Positions 38,072 through 46,494 of a DNA stretch of 64,000 nt are shown in pieces. Position 1 is the first letter of the stretch. Every line of letters begins with the position of its first letter. The notes beneath the pieces are model-generated. The model was not told where the DNA came from. It did no database searches and saw only the letters and a program-made list of their open reading frames with translations. The position numbers and the translations under genes are program-made. This DNA comes from an uncultured Solirubrobacteraceae bacterium. GTDB taxonomy: Bacteria > Actinomycetota > Thermoleophilia > Solirubrobacterales > Solirubrobacteraceae. The stretch is from the NCBI GenBank assembly GCA_964588985.1, contig CAZPQW010000010.1, positions 52,745-116,744 of the forward strand, read 5' to 3'.

Positions 38072-38964
38072 TCCGCCTCGCGGTTCGAGTCCCGCGCGAG
38101 CAGGCGGAGCTCGTGCTGGCGGAGCTGCTCGAGCTCGCCCCGGCGGGCGTGGAGGAGGTCGACGCGGGGGAGGGGACGGTCGAGTACGCCGTCTACGGTG
38201 CGCCCGGGGAGCTCCCCGGGCTCCCCGACCTCGACGCTGCGGTCGGCGACGCGGTGGTGGAGATCTCCACGAGTGAGATCGCGGATGACTGGCAGGAGCG
38301 CTGGAAGCAGTTCCACCGTCCGATCCTCATCCCGGCACCCACCCCGGCTCAGGGCGATGGTCGCGAGCTCCCCGCGCTGCACGTGCGCCCGCCGTGGGAA
38401 GCGCCCAGCGATCTACCCGCCGGCGAGGTGCGCGAGATCGTGATCGATCCCGGACAGGCGTTCGGCACCGGCGCGCACGCCAGCACTCGCATGTGTCTCG
38501 AGCTGCTGCTCGAGCTTGCCGCGCAGGAGCCCCCGGTGGGTCCGCTGATCGACGTCGGCACCGGCTCGGGAGTCCTCGCGATCGCGGGGGCGGCGCTCGG
38601 CTTCGACCCCGTGCTCGGCCTCGACCACGAGCAGGAGAGCGTGCACGCCGCGGCGGAGAACGCAACCGTCAACGGCGTGGAGATAGAGGTGCGCCGCTTC
38701 GACCTGCGCACGCAGCCGCTGCCTTGGCTGGACGGCCCAGGCCGGCTGGACGCGCCGCTGGTGATGCTCGCGAACCTGCTGCGCCCGCTGCTGCTCGAGC
38801 TCGCCCAAACGATGCCCGCCGCACCCGCGCATCTGCTCGCGAGCGGCCTGCTCGTCGAGGAGGTCGACGAGATCGTCGACGCCTTCTCGGGACGTCTCGG
38901 CCTGAGCGAGCGCGAGCGGCGCACCAGCGGCGAGTGGGCCGCCGTCTGGCTCAGCGCCAGCTGA
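38068..38964 (+). CDS. prmA: Ribosomal protein L11 methyltransferase
   Basis: [26 protein letters not shown]; follows dnaJ. Confidence 0.93.
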   Translation: MIRLAVRVPREQAELVLAELLELAPAGVEEVDAGEGTVEYAVYGAPGELPGLPDLDAAVGDAVVEISTSEIADDWQERWKQFHRPILIPAPTPAQGDGRELPALHVRPPWEAPSDLPAGEVREIVIDPGQAFGTGAHASTRMCLELLLELAAQEPPVGPLIDVGTGSGVLAIAGAALGFDPVLGLDHEQESVHAAAENATVNGVEIEVRRFDLRTQPLPWLDGPGRLDAPLVMLANLLRPLLLELAQTMPAAPAHLLASGLLVEEVDEIVDAFSGRLGLSERERRTSGEWAAVWLSAS

Positions 38965-38973
38965 AGCTAGAAG

Positions 38974-40107
38974 CTAAGCCGGGTCTGGGATCTCGGTGGC
39001 GGCGCGGACGATCGCGCGATACAGCAGGTCGATCGCCGGACGCACACCGGCCGGATCACCGAGCAGCGTGTTGGCGGCGCTCAGCGCGAAGCCGATCGTC
39101 TCGAGCGCCTCGCCGTCGCTGCCGGGCTCGGGATCGCGGCACGCGGCGATCGCCAGTTCGAGCATCCCCCGCGCCTGCTCGACGACGCCGCTGAACAGCG
39201 CCGGCCCGACGAGGCTCCCGTATCCGTACACCCGCGCGAGGCGGCCGGAGAGCTGGATCTGCGCGCCCCGTCGCGGAGCGCTCACCGGCGGCAGGCCGTG
39301 CCCGTCGATCAGCGAGGCCATCGTGCCTCCGAGAACGGCCCTTGTCGCGGCCTCGTCGAGCCCCGCCTGCTTGGCGACGCGCAGCGCCATGTAGAGGGTC
39401 GTCGCGGGGAGCCCATAGGGCGGATCGGACGCGAACACGATCCGCTCGGCGGGCACGCGCGCGAACAGCTCCACCACGTCGAGCGGGAAGAAGCACGAGA
39501 TGTCGTAGAGCACGCCCGGGTGCTCGGCCAGGCGCGAGGTGAGGATCCCCTGGTCGCAGATCGCGCCGTGAGCGAGGATCAGCACCGCGCCCGGGTGGCG
39601 CAGCGCGAGGCTCGCGAGCCCGTCCGCGATCGGTGGCATGCCGCGTCCGGCGTGGATCAGGATCGGCACGCCCGCGGATTCGGCGAGCGCGAACACGCCC
39701 TCCATCTCGGGGCTCTCGAACGTGAAGCTCTGGGCGCGCGGATGGAGCTTGATCCCGCGCGCGCCCGCGGACAGGGCGCGTTCGGCCTCCGCGATCGGGT
39801 CTTCCGCCGGGTCCAGGCGGCAGAACGGGATCAGACGGCCGTTGCTTTCGGTGCTCCACTCCAGCACGCGGTCGTTGGGGAGGCTGTAAGAGGGCTTGCG
39901 CTCGGGGTCGTGCAGCGGGAACACGCACGCGCGGCGCGCATCCGCGGCGTCCAGCTGCGAGAGCAGCTCGGACAGGCTCAACGAGCGTCCGTCCTCGTCG
40001 AGGCCGAGGTGCGTGTGCGCGTCGATCACTTCCGCATCCGCCGGGCGCAACTGCGCTGTCTCGGCGAGGAACGGCGCGAGCGCTCGGTCGTAGAGGGAGT
40101 CGTTCAC
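38974..40107 (-). CDS. Amidohydrolase family protein
   Basis: IDAHTH, GIKLHP, LIHAG, FASDPP; GTG start after a TAGGCT -10. Confidence 0.88.
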   Translation of the reverse strand: MNDSLYDRALAPFLAETAQLRPADAEVIDAHTHLGLDEDGRSLSLSELLSQLDAADARRACVFPLHDPERKPSYSLPNDRVLEWSTESNGRLIPFCRLDPAEDPIAEAERALSAGARGIKLHPRAQSFTFESPEMEGVFALAESAGVPILIHAGRGMPPIADGLASLALRHPGAVLILAHGAICDQGILTSRLAEHPGVLYDISCFFPLDVVELFARVPAERIVFASDPPYGLPATTLYMALRVAKQAGLDEAATRAVLGGTMASLIDGHGLPPVSAPRRGAQIQLSGRLARVYGYGSLVGPALFSGVVEQARGMLELAIAACRDPEPGSDGEALETIGFALSAANTLLGDPAGVRPAIDLLYRAIVRAATEIPDPA

Positions 40108-40130
40108 GGCCTGCAGCCTATTGTGTAGGC

Positions 40131-41429
40131 GTGGCTTGGCAAGTCGTGATCGCAGGCGGTGGCTTCGGTGGTTTCTACGCGGCACATGCTCTCGAGCGCC
40201 TGCTGCCGGCGCAGAGCGCGCGCGTGACGCTCGTCAACGAGGCCAACTTCCTGCTCTACACGCCGCTCCTGCCTGGCGCCGCGGGCGCCACCCTCGACCC
40301 TCGCCACGTGGTCGTCCCGCTGCGCTCTCAGTTGCGCCGCACCGATCTCGTGATCGGGCGGGTGACCGGCGCCGATCCGGGTCGCGGCACGCTCGCGGTG
40401 AAGCGCATCGACGGCGAGCCGGTCGAGCTCGCCTACGACCAGCTGATCGTGGCGCTCGGCTCTGTCTCGCGCACGCTCCCGATCCCGGGTCTCGCCGAGC
40501 GCGCGATCGGATTGAAGTCTCTGTCGGACGCGACCGCGCTGCGCAACCAGGTGCTCACCTGCCTGGACATCGCCGAGTCGATCGAAGACCCGGCGCGGCG
40601 GGCGGAGTACCTCGGCTTCGTGTTCGTCGGTGCTGGTTATGCCGGCGTGGAGGGGCTGGCCGAGCTGCAGGACTTCGCCGCTCAGGCGATCGAGCTGTAT
40701 CCGCGCTGCCGCGCGCAGGGCATGCGCTGGGTGCTCGTGGAGGCGCGCGAGCGGATCATGCAGGAGGTGCCGGTGAGCCTGTCCGCGTTCGCCGAACGCG
40801 AGCTGCGCGCACGCGGGATCGAGGTGCGCACGAACACCACGCTGGTCGAGGTGGGGGAGCGCGCGGCCACGCTCTCCGGCGCGGAGACGATCCCGGCGCG
40901 TACGGTCGTGTGGACGGCCGGTGTGAAGCCGAGCCCCGCGGTGGCGGCGCTCGGTCTGCCGCTCGACCCTCAGGGACGCGTGGTCGTGGATCGCACCATG
41001 CGCGTCTCCGACACCGCGCCCGGCGTCGGCGCAAGCGTGTGGGCGATCGGCGACTGCGCCGCGGTGCCCGACGCCTCGCGCGCCGGATCGTCCTGTCCGC
41101 CCACCGCGCAGCATGCGATCCGCCAGGGACGGCTGGTGGCGCGCAACGTCGCCGCGACGCTCGCCGGAGGTACCCCGCGACCGTTCCGCTACCGCACCAA
41201 AGGGGTCGTGGCCGAGCTGGGGCGCAATCAGGCGGTCGCGATCACGCTGGGCATTCGCTGGCGCGGATTGCCGGCGTGGTTCATCGCTCGTACCTACCAC
41301 CTGCTGCTGATGCCGGGCTTCGGACGGCGGCTGCGTCTGCTGGCCGATTGGAACGTCGCGCTGCTGTTCGGCCGCGACGCGTCCTCGCCGGGCCGGCTCG
41401 GCAGCGCGACGCCGCTCAACGACGATTGA
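40131..41429 (+). CDS. NAD(P)/FAD-dependent oxidoreductase (type II NADH dehydrogenase-like)
   Basis: GGGFGG, YTPLL, VGAGYAGVE, WTAGV, AIGDCA, PPTAQHA. Confidence 0.9.
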   Translation: MAWQVVIAGGGFGGFYAAHALERLLPAQSARVTLVNEANFLLYTPLLPGAAGATLDPRHVVVPLRSQLRRTDLVIGRVTGADPGRGTLAVKRIDGEPVELAYDQLIVALGSVSRTLPIPGLAERAIGLKSLSDATALRNQVLTCLDIAESIEDPARRAEYLGFVFVGAGYAGVEGLAELQDFAAQAIELYPRCRAQGMRWVLVEARERIMQEVPVSLSAFAERELRARGIEVRTNTTLVEVGERAATLSGAETIPARTVVWTAGVKPSPAVAALGLPLDPQGRVVVDRTMRVSDTAPGVGASVWAIGDCAAVPDASRAGSSCPPTAQHAIRQGRLVARNVAATLAGGTPRPFRYRTKGVVAELGRNQAVAITLGIRWRGLPAWFIARTYHLLLMPGFGRRLRLLADWNVALLFGRDASSPGRLGSATPLNDD

Positions 41430-41469
41430 TAACGACCGCTTCTTCAGAGCTGCGTATCCTGATCTGAGG

Positions 41470-41901
41470 ATGGCAATACTCGAACAGATCAAAACCGACC
41501 TGCACGGCGCGATGCGCGCCGGTGAAAAGGATCGGGTGGGGGCCCTGCGGCTCGTGCTCTCCGAGCTGCAGAAGGCCGTCAAGGAGGGGGCGGACGACGA
41601 GCTGGCGGTTCTGCGCCGCGAGCGCAAGCGCCGCCTGGAGGCCGCGAAGGCCTACCGCGACGCGGGACGCGAGGATCTCGCCGACGGGGAGGAGGCCGAG
41701 GGCGAGCTGATCGGCGGGTATCTCCCGGCGGAGCTCTCCGACGAGGATCTCGCGGCGATCGTCGAGCAGGCGGTTCGCGACAGCGGAGCGTCTTCGGCGA
41801 AGGAGATGGGCACGGCGATGAAGCAGGCGATGGCGGCGGTCGACGGTCGAGCCGACGGCAAGCGGGTCTCGGCGCTGGTGCGCGCCGCGCTTGAAGGATG
41901 A
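41470..41901 (+). CDS. GatB/YqeY domain protein
   Basis: YLPAELS, KEMG..M, GRADGK motifs; upstream of phoH. Confidence 0.92.
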   Translation: MAILEQIKTDLHGAMRAGEKDRVGALRLVLSELQKAVKEGADDELAVLRRERKRRLEAAKAYRDAGREDLADGEEAEGELIGGYLPAELSDEDLAAIVEQAVRDSGASSAKEMGTAMKQAMAAVDGRADGKRVSALVRAALEG

Positions 41902-42905
41902 GGACGCAGATCGAGCTCTCGAACGAAGTCGCGGCCGAGCTGGCCGGCAGCCAGGACACGGTCCTGCGCGCGCTGGAGGCGCATCTCGATTGCAAGGTTT
42001 TCCTGCGCGGCAACCTGTTGACGTTCGACGGCGATGAGAGCGAGACGAACGCCGGGGAGCGCGTCGTGCGCGAGCTCGCCGACCTGATCGCCCGCGGCCA
42101 CCAGATCGGCCCAGGGACGATCACCGCGGTGACTGGTGCGCTGGACGCGCACGAGTCGCCAGCGCGCGTGCTCGAGGACGTCGTGTGGAGCCACCGCGGG
42201 CTGCGGGTCGCGCCCAAGACCGTCAACCAGAAGCGCTACGTCGACTCCGTACGCAACAACACCATCACCTTCGGCGTCGGTCCGGCCGGCACCGGCAAGA
42301 CGTTCCTCGCGGTGGCGATGGCCGCCGCCGCGCTGTCGCGCCACGAGGTCAACCGAATCATCCTCACGCGCCCCGCGGTCGAGGCGGGTGAGCGTCTGGG
42401 GTTCCTTCCGGGCGATCTGATGGCGAAGGTCGACCCGTACCTGCGACCGCTGTTCGACGCGCTGCACGACATGCTCGACCCCGAGAAGGTCTCCCAGCAC
42501 ATCGAGCGCGGCGTGATCGAGATCGCCCCGCTCGCGTTCATGCGCGGGCGCACGCTCAACGACTCGTTCGTGATCCTCGACGAGGCGCAGAACACCACGC
42601 CCGAGCAGATGAAGATGTTCCTCACGCGCCTCGGCTTCGGCTCGCGGATGGTCGTCACGGGCGACGTCACCCAGGTGGACCTTCCGCGCGAGCAGCAGTC
42701 CGGGCTGATCGTCGTCGGAGACATCCTCGACGAGGTCGAGGGGATCGAGTTCGTGCGCTTCGGCGGCGAGGACGTGGTGCGCCACAAGCTCGTCCAGCGC
42801 ATCGTGGCGGCATACGACTCCCACACCCGGGACCCGATCCCCGCTCGCCCGCAGGACGCCGCGGCCTCGCAGGCGACGGGCCGCCCGTCGATTCGCAGTG
42901 CCTGA
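41898..42905 (+). CDS. phoH: PhoH family protein
   Basis: GPAGTGKT, RPAVEAGERLGFLPG, MRGRT, DEAQN. Confidence 0.95.
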   Translation: MRTQIELSNEVAAELAGSQDTVLRALEAHLDCKVFLRGNLLTFDGDESETNAGERVVRELADLIARGHQIGPGTITAVTGALDAHESPARVLEDVVWSHRGLRVAPKTVNQKRYVDSVRNNTITFGVGPAGTGKTFLAVAMAAAALSRHEVNRIILTRPAVEAGERLGFLPGDLMAKVDPYLRPLFDALHDMLDPEKVSQHIERGVIEIAPLAFMRGRTLNDSFVILDEAQNTTPEQMKMFLTRLGFGSRMVVTGDVTQVDLPREQQSGLIVVGDILDEVEGIEFVRFGGEDVVRHKLVQRIVAAYDSHTRDPIPARPQDAAASQATGRPSIRSA

Positions 42906-42911
42906 GCTTCG

Positions 42912-43316
42912 ATGATCGACGTCGAGGTGTTCGGTGCGGAGACGCTCCAAGTCGAGCTGTCGCCGACCGAGGTGATCAGGCTGTGCGCTCGCACCGCCGC
43001 GCGCGTTGGCATCGAGGACGGTCACGTGGCGGTGGAGTTCGTTGACGCCGCTCGGATCGCCGGGCTCAACGCCGAGCACCGTGCTCGCGCCACGCCGACC
43101 GACGTGCTCTCGTTTCCGATCGACGGGGTCGATCCCACGCCGGGCGGAGGGGCGCCGCGCGAGCTGGGGGACATCGTGATCTGCCCGGAGCACACGATCG
43201 ACCTGCGCGAGGCGGTCGTCCACGGCATGCTCCACCTGCTGGGCATGGACCACGAGACCGACCGCGGCGAGATGCTCGAGCTGCAACGCGAGCTGCTGCT
43301 CGAGCTGACTCGATGA
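42912..43316 (+). CDS. ybeY: rRNA maturation RNase YbeY
   Basis: TDVLSFP, LGDIVI, HGMLHLLGMDH. Confidence 0.95.
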   Translation: MIDVEVFGAETLQVELSPTEVIRLCARTAARVGIEDGHVAVEFVDAARIAGLNAEHRARATPTDVLSFPIDGVDPTPGGGAPRELGDIVICPEHTIDLREAVVHGMLHLLGMDHETDRGEMLELQRELLLELTR

Positions 43317-44194
43317 CCCGCTCCGGGTTCGTCGCGCTCGCGGGCCGGCCCAACGTGGGCAAGTCGACGTTCGTCAACGCCGTCGTCGGCGAGAAGATCG
43401 CGATCGTCTCAGACAGGCCGCAGACGACCAGGCGCGCGATCCGCGGGGTTCACGTGAGCGGCGAGACCCAGATCGTGCTGGTGGATCTCCCGGGAGTGCA
43501 ACGCCCACGCGACGAGTTGACCTCGCGCATGGCGAAACGCGTCCAGCAGGAGCTCGACGGCTCCGACGCGGCGCTGTTGATGCTCAACGGCGAGCAGGGG
43601 ATCGGCCCCGGAGATCGTTTCATCGCGGCGACGCTCGCAAACGCGAGCACGCCGGTCACGATCGCCGTCAACAAGGTCGACCGCCTCTCGCGGGCGGCGC
43701 TGATGGCGGTGCTGCAGGAGGCGGGCGAGCTGGAGCTGAGCGGCGAGGTCTTCCCCGTCTCCGCGCGCAAGGGCACCGGTATGGAGGAGCTGATCGAGCA
43801 CCTGGCGGCGCTGATGCCGGAGGGGCCGTTCATGTTCGCCCCCGACGCGTCCTCGGACCAGACGCGCGAGCTGCTGTTCGCGGAGCTGATTCGCGAGGCC
43901 GTGATCAGACGTACCTTCCAGGAGGTGCCGCACGCCGTCGAGGTGGTGCTCGAGGAGATCGAATATCCCCATGAGGGGCTCGCGCGCGTGCGCGCGCTGA
44001 TCTGGGTCGAGACGCAATCGCAGAAGGGGATCCTGATCGGTGCGCAGGGTCGGATGATCAAGGCGATCGGAACGGCCGCGCGGCGCGAACTGCAGCGTGT
44101 GCTCGAGCGTCAGGTGCATCTCGACCTGTCCGTGCGCGTTCGGCGCGACTGGCGTACGGACGACGGCCTGCTCGATCGGCTGGGCATCACGTAA
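43313..44194 (+). CDS. era: GTPase Era
   Basis: GRPNVGKS, PQTTR, NKVD, KH domain SQKGILIG. Confidence 0.96.
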   Translation: MTRSGFVALAGRPNVGKSTFVNAVVGEKIAIVSDRPQTTRRAIRGVHVSGETQIVLVDLPGVQRPRDELTSRMAKRVQQELDGSDAALLMLNGEQGIGPGDRFIAATLANASTPVTIAVNKVDRLSRAALMAVLQEAGELELSGEVFPVSARKGTGMEELIEHLAALMPEGPFMFAPDASSDQTRELLFAELIREAVIRRTFQEVPHAVEVVLEEIEYPHEGLARVRALIWVETQSQKGILIGAQGRMIKAIGTAARRELQRVLERQVHLDLSVRVRRDWRTDDGLLDRLGIT

Positions 44195-44347
44195 GAGAGA
44201 CGTTTCGTTGTAGATATTCCGATAGGCCCACCCGGTCAGAGCCAGCGGAATTCCCAGCGGTGCGATTCATTCGATCTGTGGAATGCGCTCCGCCGCTGTT
44301 TGGGGTACCTTTCCGAAGGTAGAGGCAGCTGGCGAGGAAGGGTCGAC

Positions 44348-44968
44348 ATGTCGGCGAAGCACGCGATATTGGGCCTCGTAATTGAGCGTCCCGGCTACGG
44401 GTACCAGTTGGCACAGCGCTTGGAGGAGCGCTTTGGCTCCTCCGCGTTCGCGCCCTCGGGCGTTTACTCGGCGCTCGATCAGCTGACCCGCGACGAGCTC
44501 GTGCGGGCCGCCGGCGAGATGCGCGGCGGGCGCGCCAGTCGCGCCGCCCCGCGGACGATCTACGAGGCCACCGACGAGGGGGTCGAGCACTTCGAGGGGT
44601 GGATGCTCGGCTCCTCGCCGACTCCGCCGTTGCGCGACGAGCTGCACATGAAGATCGCGCTGTGCCGGCCGAGCGACCTGCCGCGACTGATCGAGCTCGT
44701 CTACGGGCAGGAACTGGCGTGCATGGGCAGGCTGCAGGACCTCAAACTCACCTCCGAAGCCGAATCCAGGGGCGACGTCCAGGAATGGTCGCGGCTTATG
44801 CGGGTCCTTTCCAGGGACGCGGAGATCGCACTTTGGAAGGCGAGGATCGAGTGGCTGCAGAGCGCCCGCGAGCTGCTCGAGGGACTCCATGCGCAGCCTC
44901 ACGCGCCACGCAGGTCGGGGAACATCGCGGACAGAGGCCGAATACCAAGGTTGCGGGCGCTGCGATGA
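44348..44968 (+). CDS. PadR family transcriptional regulator
   Basis: HAILGLV..GYGYQL, GVYSALDQL, RTIYEATDEG. Confidence 0.9.
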   Translation: MSAKHAILGLVIERPGYGYQLAQRLEERFGSSAFAPSGVYSALDQLTRDELVRAAGEMRGGRASRAAPRTIYEATDEGVEHFEGWMLGSSPTPPLRDELHMKIALCRPSDLPRLIELVYGQELACMGRLQDLKLTSEAESRGDVQEWSRLMRVLSRDAEIALWKARIEWLQSARELLEGLHAQPHAPRRSGNIADRGRIPRLRALR

Positions 44969-45714
44969 GCGGTGCGCTGCTCTCGCTGCAGGACGTGAGC
45001 AAGAGCTATTGGCGTGGCCTGTCGGAAGTACGGGTTCTGGCCGGCGCCTCACTCGAGGTGCAACCGGGTGAGCTCGTCGCAGTGTGGGGCAAGCGCGGCG
45101 CCGGTAAGACCACGCTGCTGCGGATCGCGGCCGGGCTGGAGCGGCCCGACGGGGGAGCGGTGTGCTTCGAAGGCGAGGACCTCGCGATGCTGTCCGACGG
45201 TGCGCACGCCCGCCTGATGCGCGAGCGGATGGGGTGGGTGAGCCGGTCCGGGCCCCGCAGCGAATTGACGATGATCGACTACGTCGCTCTGCCAGTGCTC
45301 GTCGAGCACGGTCAGCGTGGGGCGCACCGTCTCGCGCGAGAGGCCCTGAACCGGGTGGGTATGTCGGAGTGCGCCGGGCAGCGCTGGTGCAGCCTCTCCG
45401 ACGGGGAGCGCGCGCTGGTCGCGGTGGCGCACGGGATCGTCCGCAGCCCACGTCTTCTGCTGGTCGACGACCCCGCTTCGAACCTGGGGCTGCGAGAGCG
45501 CGAGGAGACGCTGGAGATGCTCGGCTCGATCGTCGAGGAGACCGGTGTGGCGGCGCTGATCGCCGTACCGGACATGCCTGCCGCCATGAGGTCCCATCAG
45601 CTCACAGCGCTGAGCGGCGGTCGGCTGCTGCCCGCGGTGGGCTCGGGGCCGCCTGCGCCCGCTCCCGAACGCGGGAACGTGATCGACTTCCCCGTCGGTG
45701 AACGGTCCGCATAA
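44965..45714 (+). CDS. ABC ATP-binding protein with degenerate catalytic motifs
   Basis: GKRGAGKT, LSDGE, LLLVDDP, IAVPD in place of the H-loop; ATGA overlap with padR. Confidence 0.85.
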   Translation: MSGALLSLQDVSKSYWRGLSEVRVLAGASLEVQPGELVAVWGKRGAGKTTLLRIAAGLERPDGGAVCFEGEDLAMLSDGAHARLMRERMGWVSRSGPRSELTMIDYVALPVLVEHGQRGAHRLAREALNRVGMSECAGQRWCSLSDGERALVAVAHGIVRSPRLLLVDDPASNLGLREREETLEMLGSIVEETGVAALIAVPDMPAAMRSHQLTALSGGRLLPAVGSGPPAPAPERGNVIDFPVGERSA

Positions 45715-46473
45715 GTGATTGGGCCGGGACGCACAGACTCACAGCACACCGAGGCTGGGATTCCGGTGCTCGAGCTTCGTGGGCTGGTCAAGAGCTTTCC
45801 CGTCATCTACGGGGATCCGGTGCGAGCAGTCGACAGCGTGTCGCTGTCGGTGGCGAGCGGAGAGCTCCGGGCCATCTACGGCCCGAGTGGGTCGGGCAAG
45901 ACCACGCTGCTGATGCTGATCGCGGGCCTGCTTCGCCCCGACGCCGGAGAGGTGATCGTCGACGGACGCGACGTCTCGCGGCTGTCGGGGAGAGACGCCG
46001 CCCGCTACCGCCTGCGCGATCTCGGCTTCATCCGTCAGGCCGTCAACCTGATTCCAGGCGCCGACGCGGTCGACAACGCCGCGTTGAAGCTGATGGGAGC
46101 TGACATGGGCGCGCGTGAGGCGCGCGGACGCATTCGGCCTTTGTTGAGACGGCTCGGGCTGCAGGAGCGAGCGGCGCATCGACCCGAGCAGCTTTCGATG
46201 GGCGAGCGTCAGCGGGTGATGATCGCGCGCGCGTTGTCGACGGATCCCAAGCTGGTGCTCGCGGACGAGCCGACCGGCAACCTGGATACCGAGCGCGGGA
46301 GCGAAGTGCTGGCGCTGTTCCAGGAGGTCTGTCGCGAGCGCAATGCGGCGGTGGTACTCGTCACCCACGATCCTCAGGCGGCGACCTACGCGGATCGCGT
46401 GCAGACGCTGCGCGACGGCCGGCTCCTCGAGCGCGAGCCAGCGTGTGCGTCCGCGCTCGTCAATGCCTGCTGA
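45715..46473 (+). CDS. ABC ATP-binding protein (LolD/MacB type)
   Basis: GPSGSGKT, LSMGE, LADEPTGNLD, VTHD. Confidence 0.93.
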   Translation: MIGPGRTDSQHTEAGIPVLELRGLVKSFPVIYGDPVRAVDSVSLSVASGELRAIYGPSGSGKTTLLMLIAGLLRPDAGEVIVDGRDVSRLSGRDAARYRLRDLGFIRQAVNLIPGADAVDNAALKLMGADMGAREARGRIRPLLRRLGLQERAAHRPEQLSMGERQRVMIARALSTDPKLVLADEPTGNLDTERGSEVLALFQEVCRERNAAVVLVTHDPQAATYADRVQTLRDGRLLEREPACASALVNAC

Positions 46474-46494
46474 TCGACGCCCTGCTCGCAAGCG

